NCBI GenBank assembly: GCA_900548725.1
Contig: URLV01000001.1
Location: forward strand, 3,591 to 67,590
Direction: 5' to 3'
Length of the DNA stretch: 64,000 bases
Origin: an uncultured Mycoplasmatota bacterium
Lineage (GTDB): Bacteria; Bacillota_I; Bacilli_A; RF39; UBA660
In this document: positions 51,013 through 61,233 of the stretch, piece by piece
How positions within the stretch are numbered: position 1 is the first letter of the stretch
Layout: each line of letters opens with the position of its first letter
Made by a program: the position numbers and the translations under genes
Notes under the pieces: model-generated
The model's input: the letters and a program-made list of their open reading frames with translations, nothing else
Told to the model about the DNA's origin: nothing
The model's database searches: none

Positions 51013-52541
51013 TCCTTTAACATTATATAAAACGTTATACCTTCTCCACTATTGGGTCTTATTTTAGTAAAACATAAATCTATTAAATATAATACTACCA
51101 ATATAATAACAATTATTTTCTTAGATTTCAAATTAATTTTTCTATATATATTATTTAATAAAGGCGCTAGAAAATATGTAAATACCATACATCCAAGGCC
51201 AAATACTAATAATCCCTCTAAGCAAACTCTACCTTGTATATTTAAAAAGAATCCATCATAATCCCAATATCTATTATGTAAAAATGTTTCTAAATAAACA
51301 GCAGTAAAATATTCAATCAATCCACATAAAATAGTCGAATACAAAAATATTTTCCAAGGTTTGTTTCTATATTTTTTAAATAAAACTATAACACAAGTTG
51401 CACCATAACCATATATTGGAAGCCAAGGTCCATACATCGTACCTTTATTAACAAATTTTCCTTGAACAAATAAATTTAAAAGTACTTCCCAACACCAACC
51501 AATCATAGCACACGTAAAGAAAAACATTATTATAGTCCAAACATCATAATCAGCCTTATAATCTAACTTTAAAAAATTAAACATTTTCTTTTCTGGTATA
51601 AAATACTTATCATTAGGGTAATAACCATCATTATATTTATTACCATCTAACATTTCATCTTTAAAATATTTTCTATATTTTTTCTTATTCTTTTTTAAAA
51701 ACTCATTTCTTATATTAAAATAAAATTCTGAATAAATACTTTCTCTATAAACATCAAAATAAAATATATTACTAATATTAAATGTTAAAGAACCTAAAAT
51801 AATATATCCAATAAAACTAAATTGTATTTTAAACAAATTAAATTTATTACCGTTCATCATTTCATTACTCAATATAAAAGCATCTTTCCTACTTATAGTA
51901 GGATTTTCACTTACAATATAATCTATCATAAAATATGAATAATACTTAATAATTCCACCAATAATAGTTAAAAACCACAAAAACAAATAAATTGTTTTAC
52001 ATAACATTATATAAGCAATATTAATAGTCTTTTTAACTTTATAAACAAACATTATTCTATCAACATTAACTTTTTTATATCTACTATGTTCCAAATAATA
52101 TCTATTTTTACCAACTAATATAATATTCTGTATAAATATATAAATTAAAATAAATAACAAAAATCCAAAAATTTTTATAAAGAATTTAGGTATAGATTTA
52201 ATAGTAATAAATTCTAATATCGCATCAACAAAACCTAATACTAAAGAACTACTACCATTCATCTTATTAAAGAAAACAGATAATACTCCTCTAGTAGGTT
52301 TATAACTTTTAGTAATATCAATTACTTTTTTAGCAGAATTCACTATATTATTATATATATATAAATTATTCTTACTTATAACATTATTACCAATATTACT
52401 GAAACTATCAGATATAAAACTATTATATTTATATCCACCACTAACAATAATTACAAAAAGAAAACTAATTATTATACTATGCCAATAATTATATTTAACT
52501 TTTTTCTTCGCTCTTTCTTTAATACTTCTATTACTGCTCAT
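51003..52541 (-). CDS. large membrane protein whose C-terminal half is a second PF06541-like domain (GPWLPIYGYG)
   Basis: The N-terminal domain of about 300 aa has multiple TM segments. The C-terminal domain is paralogous to the downstream gene. Confidence 0.45.
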   Translation of the reverse strand: MSSNRSIKERAKKKVKYNYWHSIIISFLFVIIVSGGYKYNSFISDSFSNIGNNVISKNNLYIYNNIVNSAKKVIDITKSYKPTRGVLSVFFNKMNGSSSLVLGFVDAILEFITIKSIPKFFIKIFGFLLFILIYIFIQNIILVGKNRYYLEHSRYKKVNVDRIMFVYKVKKTINIAYIMLCKTIYLFLWFLTIIGGIIKYYSYFMIDYIVSENPTISRKDAFILSNEMMNGNKFNLFKIQFSFIGYIILGSLTFNISNIFYFDVYRESIYSEFYFNIRNEFLKKNKKKYRKYFKDEMLDGNKYNDGYYPNDKYFIPEKKMFNFLKLDYKADYDVWTIIMFFFTCAMIGWCWEVLLNLFVQGKFVNKGTMYGPWLPIYGYGATCVIVLFKKYRNKPWKIFLYSTILCGLIEYFTAVYLETFLHNRYWDYDGFFLNIQGRVCLEGLLVFGLGCMVFTYFLAPLLNNIYRKINLKSKKIIVIILVVLYLIDLCFTKIRPNSGEGITFYIMLKEWL

Positions 52542-52691
52542 AACAACCTCTTTTATATAATAATAATATATTATATTTTTTTAATATATTCAACCTCATA
52601 AGATAAATAACATATGTTATTTAAACCAAGGCAAAAGCATATAAACAATTTTACTTATTTCATATGATATATTAGAAAAGGAATGATTTTT

Positions 52692-53063
52692 ATGAATAAC
52701 TTTTCTATAGATTTTATAATTGGCGGATGCGATATATTATTTAAAACATTATTAGTGTTTATAATAATAGATTATATTACAGGTCTTCTAAGAGCTATAT
52801 ACACAAAAAAATTAAGTAGTAAAATAGGTGCAAAAGGTATTATAAAAAAAGTAGGATATATATTTATAGTAATACTTGCAGCATTATTAGATAAATTATT
52901 AAATAGTACTGGCAATATTAGAAATATTGTAATATATATGTTTATCGCAAACGAAGGTATATCTATATTAGAAAATTGGACTAGTATGGGTATAAAAATA
53001 CCTAAAATTTTAAAAGACAAATTTAATGACATCAATAAAGATATTGATGATAAGAATAAATAA
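52692..53063 (+). CDS. TcdE/UviB-type holin (toxin-secretion/phage-lysis holin family)
   Basis: The sequences LLVFIIIDYITGLLRAI...SSKIGAKGIIKKVGYIFIVILAALLD...IYMFIANEGISILENWTSMGIKIPKILKDKFNDIN follow the holin_tox_secr pattern. They align to the TcdE region ILYESVSILKNMCLCGLPVPKRLKEKI. An alternative upstream ATG is at 52683. Confidence 0.7.
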   Translation: MNNFSIDFIIGGCDILFKTLLVFIIIDYITGLLRAIYTKKLSSKIGAKGIIKKVGYIFIVILAALLDKLLNSTGNIRNIVIYMFIANEGISILENWTSMGIKIPKILKDKFNDINKDIDDKNK

Positions 53064-53231
53064 ACTTAATTACACATGTATATTAACTTGATTTAAATAA
53101 TTTTTCCTAAACTAATACACTAACCTCCTCAAACTTTTATAGACTACATTATTGTAGTCTTTTAAAATGCTTTAGTATTATTTTTCATAAATATTTTTCA
53201 ATTATTTATAATTTAATTTTTATGCAAATAA

Positions 53232-53252
53232 AAAGCCCTATAAAATAGGGAA
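53232..53252 (-). terminator. intrinsic terminator after tRNA-Cys (CCCTATtttATAGGG + TTTTT on minus strand)
   Basis: A stem-loop is followed by a T-run 10 nt past the tRNA 3' end. Confidence 0.45.
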
Positions 53253-53261
53253 TAATTCAAT

Positions 53262-53335
53262 TGGAGGACCCAGTCGGATTTGAACCAACGATCAGGGAGT
53301 TGCAGTCCCATGCCTTACCACTTGGCTATGGATCC
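53262..53335 (-). tRNA. tRNA-Cys (GCA), CCA encoded
   Basis: The hand-folded cloverleaf has acceptor GGATCCA/TGGGTCC with one GU, D-arm AGCCAAGTGGTAAGGC, anticodon loop CTGCAAC, T-arm GGTTCAAATCC and a 3' TCCA. Confidence 0.8.
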
Positions 53336-53477
53336 ATATCAAAAATTAACAAATAAATTTATCAATTCATGTAAATTATTTTACACTAAGATATATCTTT
53401 TGTCAATTCAAATACTAAAATTTATATAAAATATTCTAATATATTATATGTAAAAATTATACATATATTAGTTTATA

Positions 53478-54797
53478 CTATTCTTTAGTTACTAATTCTT
53501 TATATCTTTTTCCTTTTTCTTCAAAGTTTCTAAATTGATTATAACTAGGCGCAGCAGGAGACAAAAGACAAGCACATTTAGTTTCCTTTTTTGCTATCAA
53601 AACTGCTTCTTCTAAAGTATTTACTAAATATATTTTTCCTCTAGTTAATCTAGTTGCCAACTTATGCCCAGTTTCTGGCATACATATAAAATTACTTATA
53701 TTAGAATTATTTAAATAATTTATTAAATTATCATAATTTATACCCCTATCTTGACCTCCAAAAATTAAAGTATCAACATCAGTATAAGCTTTTAAACAAT
53801 TTATAGTTGCTTCAGGAATTGTAGCAATAGTATCATTATAATATTTTATATTATTATATGTGCCTACCATTTCCATTCTATGTTCTAGTGGTTTAAAATT
53901 ATTAATAGTATTAACCGCTTTATTTAAATCCAAACCTAATAAAATTGAAATTCTAATCACAAACATTATATTAGATAAATTATGTTCTCCCAATAAATAT
54001 CTCTTTTCATTAACACTGTAAACTTTTATATTATTAAAATATATTTCATTATCAACAATTTTAAATTCATTTTCTATATCTAAAATATGTGCTTTATAAT
54101 TAAATTTACTAATATAATTATTAATATTAGGAGATGTAGAAGTATACAAAGCATAATCATTTTCATTTTGAAATTTAAAAATATTTAATTTAGATAAATG
54201 ATATTTTTCTATTGAACCATGATAGTTTAAGTGATCTTCATACAAATTTAATATAACTGAAATATGTGGTGAATATTTAACTAATTCAAGTTGATAGCTA
54301 GACATTTCAATAACTAACTTAGTATCATTTGTTATATCATCTAAATAATCTAATACTGGATTCCCAACATTACCTATCAACATACATTTAACATTTTGTT
54401 CTTTTAAAACATTATACAATAGTGTTGAAGTAGTACTCTTACCCTTTGTACCTGTTATGCCAATCACATTATCTCTAAAATTTTCTAAAACAATTTCTAT
54501 TTGTGAGGTAACCTTATCTATTATGTCATCAATATTTTCTATTTTAATTCCAGGTGATTTTATTATTAAATCATAAATCGACAAATTATTTAAATAAGAA
54601 TCACCCAATACAAATTCTAAATTGTTATCATATTTTACAATTAAATTATTACATATATTTTCATTTCTATCTACTATAGTCAATTTTTTATTAGGCAAAT
54701 GCTTCCTAATATATCTATAAGTAGATATTCCTTCTTTACCAAAACCTAATATTGCTATATTTTTATTTTCTATTTCTGAAATAATTCTATTTAACAT
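53478..54797 (-). CDS. murD: UDP-N-acetylmuramoyl-L-alanine--glutamate ligase (MurD; possibly MurD2-type)
   Basis: It has the Mur ligase P-loop GITGTKGKSTTSTLL and the Mur ligase middle and C-terminal domains. Length is 439 aa. Confidence 0.8.
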   Translation of the reverse strand: MLNRIISEIENKNIAILGFGKEGISTYRYIRKHLPNKKLTIVDRNENICNNLIVKYDNNLEFVLGDSYLNNLSIYDLIIKSPGIKIENIDDIIDKVTSQIEIVLENFRDNVIGITGTKGKSTTSTLLYNVLKEQNVKCMLIGNVGNPVLDYLDDITNDTKLVIEMSSYQLELVKYSPHISVILNLYEDHLNYHGSIEKYHLSKLNIFKFQNENDYALYTSTSPNINNYISKFNYKAHILDIENEFKIVDNEIYFNNIKVYSVNEKRYLLGEHNLSNIMFVIRISILLGLDLNKAVNTINNFKPLEHRMEMVGTYNNIKYYNDTIATIPEATINCLKAYTDVDTLIFGGQDRGINYDNLINYLNNSNISNFICMPETGHKLATRLTRGKIYLVNTLEEAVLIAKKETKCACLLSPAAPSYNQFRNFEEKGKRYKELVTKE

Positions 54798-56136
54798 ATT
54801 TATCTAATTCTCCTTTTAATAGATTAACAAATTCAAAATCTAAATTATTTTCATTATTCCATCTTTTCTCAAATTTTATAGAATCATTTTTCATCTCAAA
54901 ATTATCTTTATAATACTTTAACAAAAATGGTAAATTTTCTGTTTTATTAATAACATTTTTTAAAGCATAATTAACCTCATCATAAGTACCTACACATTCA
55001 AATGGTTTTACCTCCCCATTCCCAGTTAATTCTATAAAAGTTTTTAATAATTCTTCATTTTCAAATAATTCTTCTTTAAATATATTTACTAACTCATCTT
55101 TATATAAAAATGGACTTAAAATTATATATACAAAAAGACATTTAGGACAATTACAACACCATACCCATGGCTTTTGTTTGCTACCAACATTACAGCTCTT
55201 AAACACTTGATGATATTTTTTATAATTTGAAAATAGTAGAGCAATCTGATATTCAGATAAAGGTCTCAACAAACTAAAATACTTAATATCAATTTTAAAG
55301 TATTTTTTTGTATAATTATTAAAATCATTTTCAAATTCAAATGTTTTAGAATATTGATGATTTATTTTTGTTCCTTCAACATTCGATTCATTTGCACTAG
55401 ATTCATTTGATAAAACAATATATTTCTTCTTATATACAAATGCACTCAAAAAAGATGTAAATGCAACCAAAGCACTAAATGGTGTATGTCCATTAATAAA
55501 ACCTTGACTATTTAATTCAATAAGCTTTTTATCAATACTTCTTTTAACTACAATTATCTCATCATCATTATATCCAGCAATTTTTGTACAATCTAAATTT
55601 ACCTCTTTAGGATTAATAATAAATGGAGTATTTATATTTCTTTGAGATTTTAATACTTCTAAAGTCACATTCGAGTCTTTACCACCACCTACTGGTATAA
55701 GGTTACCTACACCAACAAATTCAGGATAAGTTATTTTATTCTCATCAACAACACAACTTATATTCATAAAATCGTCATAATTCACATTTATATTATTAGT
55801 ATAAAACAGTTCACCTAATCCATAAAAATATAATTTTTTAAAAAAATTTATCTGTTCTTCATTTAAATATCCAGCTTTAATAATAACATTTTTACTACAA
55901 GTACATTTCCAATAACTGATTAATTCCACTAAACCTATATGGAAAATTAAATAATCAGTAAAAGAATTTCGTTCAAATTTTTTTAATTCTAAAGTAGGAT
56001 AAAAATGAGTTAAATCAGGTATATTAAAATCATAAGTTATTAACATTTTATCATCTTTAGTTTGTACATTAAATCCTTCATAAATAAAAGTATCATATTT
56101 ATTTCTCAATAAATTGTAAACATCCATTAATACCAC
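54787..56136 (-). CDS. PP-loop (SGGxDS-type) adenine-nucleotide alpha-hydrolase family protein with CCNCPKC cluster; candidate MurL-like epimerase partner of murD
   Basis: The motif LIPVGGGKDSNV is a PP-loop ATP pyrophosphatase signature. The cysteine cluster is WVWCCNCPKC. Its stop overlaps the murD start by 11 nt. Confidence 0.4.
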   Translation of the reverse strand: MVLMDVYNLLRNKYDTFIYEGFNVQTKDDKMLITYDFNIPDLTHFYPTLELKKFERNSFTDYLIFHIGLVELISYWKCTCSKNVIIKAGYLNEEQINFFKKLYFYGLGELFYTNNINVNYDDFMNISCVVDENKITYPEFVGVGNLIPVGGGKDSNVTLEVLKSQRNINTPFIINPKEVNLDCTKIAGYNDDEIIVVKRSIDKKLIELNSQGFINGHTPFSALVAFTSFLSAFVYKKKYIVLSNESSANESNVEGTKINHQYSKTFEFENDFNNYTKKYFKIDIKYFSLLRPLSEYQIALLFSNYKKYHQVFKSCNVGSKQKPWVWCCNCPKCLFVYIILSPFLYKDELVNIFKEELFENEELLKTFIELTGNGEVKPFECVGTYDEVNYALKNVINKTENLPFLLKYYKDNFEMKNDSIKFEKRWNNENNLDFEFVNLLKGELDKYVK

Positions 56137-56252
56137 CTAATAACATTATACTATAAAATACGTTTTTTTATAATTTACTAATGATTTAATTTACACAAAT
56201 TATATAAAAAAAAGAAAAAAACCTAATAAAATATAAAATTTATATTAGGATT

Positions 56253-57815
56253 TTATTTTAATTCATAAACAAGTTTAACATCTCTAAACTCAATATTTAC
56301 TCTTATATCACTTGCATTCATAACTTCATATGGAACAGATAGCATTACTTTACCATCTACATTTCCAACAGCATTAACATCTTTATAATTTTTATTTTTA
56401 TCATTATACTTGTAACTAACAGTTATAAACTTATCAAAAAATTCCTTATCATCTTTAAAATATTTACTAATATCTTTCTTACTATCTAATTCTAATTTAT
56501 AATCTAAAATAAGTAAAACATTATCAATATTTTTATCTCTTATAACAACACTCTTGTCATTATCTTTATAAACATAACTAGATTTAATATCAAAATCACT
56601 TATGGTAATATTACTACTACCATAACTTCTTTTATCAAACACAGAATTCTCATTTAATTTTAAAAACAATTCATTTCTTTCTTCATTTATTCTTTTAGCA
56701 CTAACTTTAACTTCTTTATAAGAACCTTTACTTCCTTCTTTACTATATTGAATCTTATCATAAAATTTTATAGTATATTTGTTTGATTTGTAAGTGTTAG
56801 GTACCTCAAAAATTAAAATATATTTATACACATTACCATATTTTATAACACAATTATTATATGGAGTACCTAAATCATAAAAATATTTATTAAAATAATT
56901 AGTAGCGTAAACATATTCCTTACCATACATTAATCTTATTCTTTTAAAATCAACACTATTTGATTCTTGAATATTATTTTTAACACTAACATTTGCTACA
57001 ACATATTTTTTATCTTTTTTAATAATATTATAATTTAAATCATATTTTGTTTCATAAACATTACCAACTTTATAATTAAATGTACCGGCATTAAAACTTC
57101 TACCAACACTAACTCTATTAGAGTTAAACAGATTAACACTAAATACACTTATAAAAATAACACCAACTACTACACATAATATTATATTTATCAAAAATTT
57201 ATTTTCTAAATAATAATATCTAAACTCTCTAAACCATCTTCTTATACCTCTTTTATATTTATAAGTATTCTTATCAAATATTACCTCTACTTCTTCATTA
57301 TCCTTTTCATCTTGTTTAAGTTCAATAATATCTTTACTAAAATTAAATTTTTTTAAGTTAAAACCGATAACAATCATAACATATTTAATTAAAAAATATA
57401 TCATTGGAATCATTATAAGAAAAGATATATCTTTATAAAGTTTCAAAGTAGTTATCTCTACTATACTTTCATCTAAAGTTAAAAATAAATTACTAACACT
57501 TATTAAATATATAAAAACAAACACTAAATATATAACACAATATAAATAATCATATAACGGTTTCTTTTTCCTAATAAATAATAATATTATACTTACTAAT
57601 ATAGCTATTACTATAAATAATAACAAATACATTCTAAAGCCAATATTATCACTTTGTAACGTACTATAATTAACTACTTTACCTAAATATATATTATTAA
57701 CTACTTGTCTTAATAAATTTAATTTATAAGTTATAAAAATAAGCAATAAACTTAATATTAAATTAATTAATCTAAAATATTTAATAAAAAATGCATAAGG
57801 TTTCTTAAATACCAT
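56253..57815 (-). CDS. hypothetical membrane protein (5-6 N-terminal TM segments, beta-rich extracytoplasmic C-terminal domain)
   Basis: ORF track plus hydrophobic segments. No motif was recognised. Confidence 0.4.
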   Translation of the reverse strand: MVFKKPYAFFIKYFRLINLILSLLLIFITYKLNLLRQVVNNIYLGKVVNYSTLQSDNIGFRMYLLLFIVIAILVSIILLFIRKKKPLYDYLYCVIYLVFVFIYLISVSNLFLTLDESIVEITTLKLYKDISFLIMIPMIYFLIKYVMIVIGFNLKKFNFSKDIIELKQDEKDNEEVEVIFDKNTYKYKRGIRRWFREFRYYYLENKFLINIILCVVVGVIFISVFSVNLFNSNRVSVGRSFNAGTFNYKVGNVYETKYDLNYNIIKKDKKYVVANVSVKNNIQESNSVDFKRIRLMYGKEYVYATNYFNKYFYDLGTPYNNCVIKYGNVYKYILIFEVPNTYKSNKYTIKFYDKIQYSKEGSKGSYKEVKVSAKRINEERNELFLKLNENSVFDKRSYGSSNITISDFDIKSSYVYKDNDKSVVIRDKNIDNVLLILDYKLELDSKKDISKYFKDDKEFFDKFITVSYKYNDKNKNYKDVNAVGNVDGKVMLSVPYEVMNASDIRVNIEFRDVKLVYELK

Positions 57816-57867
57816 ATAATCACCTATCCTATACTAAATAAAGTATAACAAAAAAAAAGATATAATT

Positions 57868-58170
57868 CTATCTTTTATATGCAAATAATTGTCCTTCTTC
57901 TAATAATATTCTATTATTTACTTTATTAAATTCTCTATAATCAACATTAAATAAATCTAATATATCATTTAAATTATCTCCACTTTTAGTTAAATAATAA
58001 CTATATCCTGATTTAGGTATCATTATTTCTTGATTTTCATATATGTAATCTTCCATCTTTAACCCATTTACTAAACTCAATAATTCTGGATTTATATTAT
58101 ATTTTTTACCAATACCATATAATGTATCTCCCTTTTTTATAATATAAGTATCATATAATTCATTATTCAT
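57868..58170 (-). CDS. LysM domain protein
   Basis: The LysM domain reads YIIKKGDTLYGIGKKYNINPELLSLVNGLK...IMIP. Confidence 0.7.
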   Translation of the reverse strand: MNNELYDTYIIKKGDTLYGIGKKYNINPELLSLVNGLKMEDYIYENQEIMIPKSGYSYYLTKSGDNLNDILDLFNVDYREFNKVNNRILLEEGQLFAYKR

Positions 58171-58215
58171 AATTTATTCACCTATAATAATATATTACAA
58201 AACATAAAAAAAGTT

Positions 58216-58686
58216 CTACTTACTAGAACTATTTTTATCTTTATCAGGATACATTTTTTTTGCTTCCATCATATACATAGATATTACGCTTTGTACCTCC
58301 GGTAAAGATTTTTTAGAAAAGTTTGAAAAATACATCACTTCTTTAACTGTATCTATACATATTTTACCCCAAAATATTCCAGAAAAAATTTGCATGTCAT
58401 TATACATTTCAGGAGTAATTGAATTTAATGTATAGCCATATAATATTTGATCTTGCGCTATTAATATTCTATCACTAGTAACACATAATACTGCTGTATC
58501 AAATATTTGTGTTGCACTATCATTTTTTTGTGCTGCAAAAGCATACAAGATTCTTTCTCCAGGATTTAAATGTTTTTCTATAACAGCACAATGTTTTCTA
58601 ACTCTCCACATTATAGTACTAGGATATCTTTTCTTAAATTCTAATACACATTGTAATACAGTTTTTTCTTTAGACATATTTATCAC
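58216..58686 (-). CDS. bacterial PH-domain-like protein
   Basis: The core GERILYAFAA....TAVLCVTSDRILIAQDQ..Y..L..I is typical of the bPH/YdbT-like family. Confidence 0.35.
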   Translation of the reverse strand: MINMSKEKTVLQCVLEFKKRYPSTIMWRVRKHCAVIEKHLNPGERILYAFAAQKNDSATQIFDTAVLCVTSDRILIAQDQILYGYTLNSITPEMYNDMQIFSGIFWGKICIDTVKEVMYFSNFSKKSLPEVQSVISMYMMEAKKMYPDKDKNSSSK

Positions 58687-59495
58687 TCACTTATCATATT
58701 ATTTGTTTTTAATTTATCTATTAATGAACTTCTATTAACATATCCGCTTATACAATCAACAACTTTTCCATCTTTAGTAAATAACGTTAATGGAGTACCA
58801 AATCCATCTGATAATTTAAATTCCTTACCTTCACTACTACATTTAGCAGGAACAGTTAAGTCCATATTAGTTATTTTTTCATATTCAGTTTCATCATAAC
58901 TTAATGAATTAAAGAAATAAATATCTACTTTATATTTTTCACTAACAGCATTATATACTGGTTTAAATTTGTTACAATAGAAACAATTATCTCTACCAAA
59001 TACAGCCATAGTAGTTTTATCACTTTTTACTAATTTTTTATATGATTTAAAATTCTCTGCAACTTTATAAGCTCTATTTTTATCAGTAATATTTCCTAAA
59101 TAGTAAATATTTGCATCATTAGTAATATTTTTTTCATCATATTTAGCATAAGTTTTTTGAATATCACCTTCAACAATTACAGCAACTTCTACTTTATCTC
59201 CTAAAGTTTTTTTAACATCATCACTAGATTTAACAGTATAAACACTATAATCTGTTGCATAATCTGTCTTAGTTAAATCTCTAACGCCTCTTAAACCACT
59301 CTTTGTTGATTTATCAGCATCACCTACATAAACTATAAATGATTCTTTAGCATTCATTTTTTCAGTAATATCTTTACTAGATAAAACACTAATATTTTGT
59401 TTACCAACATAATCTACTATGATAGGTATAAATAATACAACAACTATTGCTATAAATATAATTAAACCATAATTAACTTTTTTCTTTTCTTCCAT
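58683..59495 (-). CDS. membrane-anchored thioredoxin-like (CxxC) protein
   Basis: It has an N-terminal TM. The C-terminal thioredoxin fold carries GRDNCFYCNKFKPV. Confidence 0.5.
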   Translation of the reverse strand: MEEKKKVNYGLIIFIAIVVVLFIPIIVDYVGKQNISVLSSKDITEKMNAKESFIVYVGDADKSTKSGLRGVRDLTKTDYATDYSVYTVKSSDDVKKTLGDKVEVAVIVEGDIQKTYAKYDEKNITNDANIYYLGNITDKNRAYKVAENFKSYKKLVKSDKTTMAVFGRDNCFYCNKFKPVYNAVSEKYKVDIYFFNSLSYDETEYEKITNMDLTVPAKCSSEGKEFKLSDGFGTPLTLFTKDGKVVDCISGYVNRSSLIDKLKTNNMISE

Positions 59496-59578
59496 CTCAA
59501 TAACCTCCTAAATAAATTGTACCATTATTTAAAAATAATGTAAATTATTGTAAGAAAAAAAGACGTTATTTTTTTAAA

Positions 59579-61063
59579 TTATAACACTTTCATATCACTT
59601 TCTTCTATTAAATTTTTATCAATTTCAGCATAATAATATTTAATAGCATCCATAAAATCAGCAAAAACCATATACACATCATTATTAATTTGTACATTAT
59701 ATTTATTTTTTATAAAAATAGAATAATTAATAATATCATCTATACTAAAAGTAAATATTCTAAAAAAACTTACAATATTTTTAATATATTCATCATTAAC
59801 AACATTACCACCAATTTTACTAGGATAATATATTCTATTTACGTCATAGCATAATTTTAAAATATAATCAATTTCATTTACATCACAACATTTTACTAAG
59901 TTATAAAACGTACTATTACTAACTTCTCTCAAAATACCTTTACAATTATTCATATTTACAAAAGATATTTTATCTTCAACATCTTTATCATTTTTGACCA
60001 ATTCTATCAATTCTTGTGAAAGTAATTTTAAATCAAAAGAGAAAAATTTCTGTAACTCATTTGGCATTGATATAAATTCATCTTCACTTAAATTAATATA
60101 AGTTACTTCTCTAACTTTGTCATAATTTAAAGAATTAGTAACATCTTGTTGTAATTTTACTAATATTTTTCCAATATCAAATTCCCCTTGTTTAATTAAT
60201 AAATCTCCATCAACAACAATATTAAAATCTTGTGTAAGTGTTGGATTTATTTTAAACTGAGCAACACTTTTTATTTGCGTAGCTAAATGAAATAAGAATT
60301 CTAAATTAACATTAGATACATTTTGACCAGAATATCTAGCTTCTTCAAAAGTTTTTTTATGTTTATCAACCCAATCTAAATACTCAGTTTGATACATTTT
60401 TCTTCTAGGAAAAATAATATTACATATCTTTAAGACATCAAATAATGATACTTGATTATAAAGCTCTGTGTTTTCCATAGGTATCGTACACATTCTCATC
60501 TCTAATAACATTTTAGTATCACTAGACAATAAATCTATCAATCTATCTAATTGATGACCATTCATTTTTATTTTCCTGCCTTGTTTACCTTCTTTGTAAA
60601 TATTTCCTTTATCATCAACATATATATTATTATCACTTAAATCAGTTTCTTTATTACCATTATTATCAACTTTTATATAAGTGTATTTTCTAGTTCCATT
60701 TTCTTCTAAAAAATAAATAGGATTACCATTTTTATCTACTTTAAAAGAAGAGTTTTTTAAAACATTCCAAATATCTTTTACACTATTATAGTTTAATTTA
60801 TTTTCATATATATACAAAGCTTTTAAATACATTTCACAACACTTAGCCAAATCAGAAGCTACTGCACTGCAAGAATCATATATTTGTTCAGGAAGAAGAT
60901 TATTTATTTTAGTACTTAAATTATTTAAATAGAGAACTATTTCATCATAAAATTCATTAGCCTCTCCATAAGTACGTTTATAGGATTCTCTTTTATCATC
61001 TAGGTTAGGATTATACGTATTTTTTATATCTATTTCTCTAAGATTTAGCACTTTAATCACCAC
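59579..61063 (-). CDS. hypothetical protein (494 aa)
   Basis: ORF track. No motif was recognised. Confidence 0.4.
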   Translation of the reverse strand: MVIKVLNLREIDIKNTYNPNLDDKRESYKRTYGEANEFYDEIVLYLNNLSTKINNLLPEQIYDSCSAVASDLAKCCEMYLKALYIYENKLNYNSVKDIWNVLKNSSFKVDKNGNPIYFLEENGTRKYTYIKVDNNGNKETDLSDNNIYVDDKGNIYKEGKQGRKIKMNGHQLDRLIDLLSSDTKMLLEMRMCTIPMENTELYNQVSLFDVLKICNIIFPRRKMYQTEYLDWVDKHKKTFEEARYSGQNVSNVNLEFLFHLATQIKSVAQFKINPTLTQDFNIVVDGDLLIKQGEFDIGKILVKLQQDVTNSLNYDKVREVTYINLSEDEFISMPNELQKFFSFDLKLLSQELIELVKNDKDVEDKISFVNMNNCKGILREVSNSTFYNLVKCCDVNEIDYILKLCYDVNRIYYPSKIGGNVVNDEYIKNIVSFFRIFTFSIDDIINYSIFIKNKYNVQINNDVYMVFADFMDAIKYYYAEIDKNLIEESDMKVL

Positions 61064-61233
61064 TTCTAAAATAAAATATATAATATTTTTTCATTGAATT
61101 TCACAATTAAATTATATTATAACTCAAAGTATAAATACAACAAAAAAAATTTTTTTATTAAATTTAAAAACAAAAAAACCAACATCTCTGTTAGATAATA
61201 TATCACACTCATAAAATGAGTTTATTTATTAAT

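Noticed and set aside
48360-51261. ORFs 48360-48752 (+), 49744-50007 (+) and 51052-51261 (+) antisense to the higher-GC gene, mgtC and the PF06541 gene
   Set aside because: They are antisense to better-supported genes. The 130-aa one owes its length to the higher-GC region having fewer stops. There is no RBS.
52772-53035. Minus-strand 87-aa ORF antisense to the holin gene
   Set aside because: The holin reading frame has a clear family match. The antisense ORF is a hydrophobic artefact.
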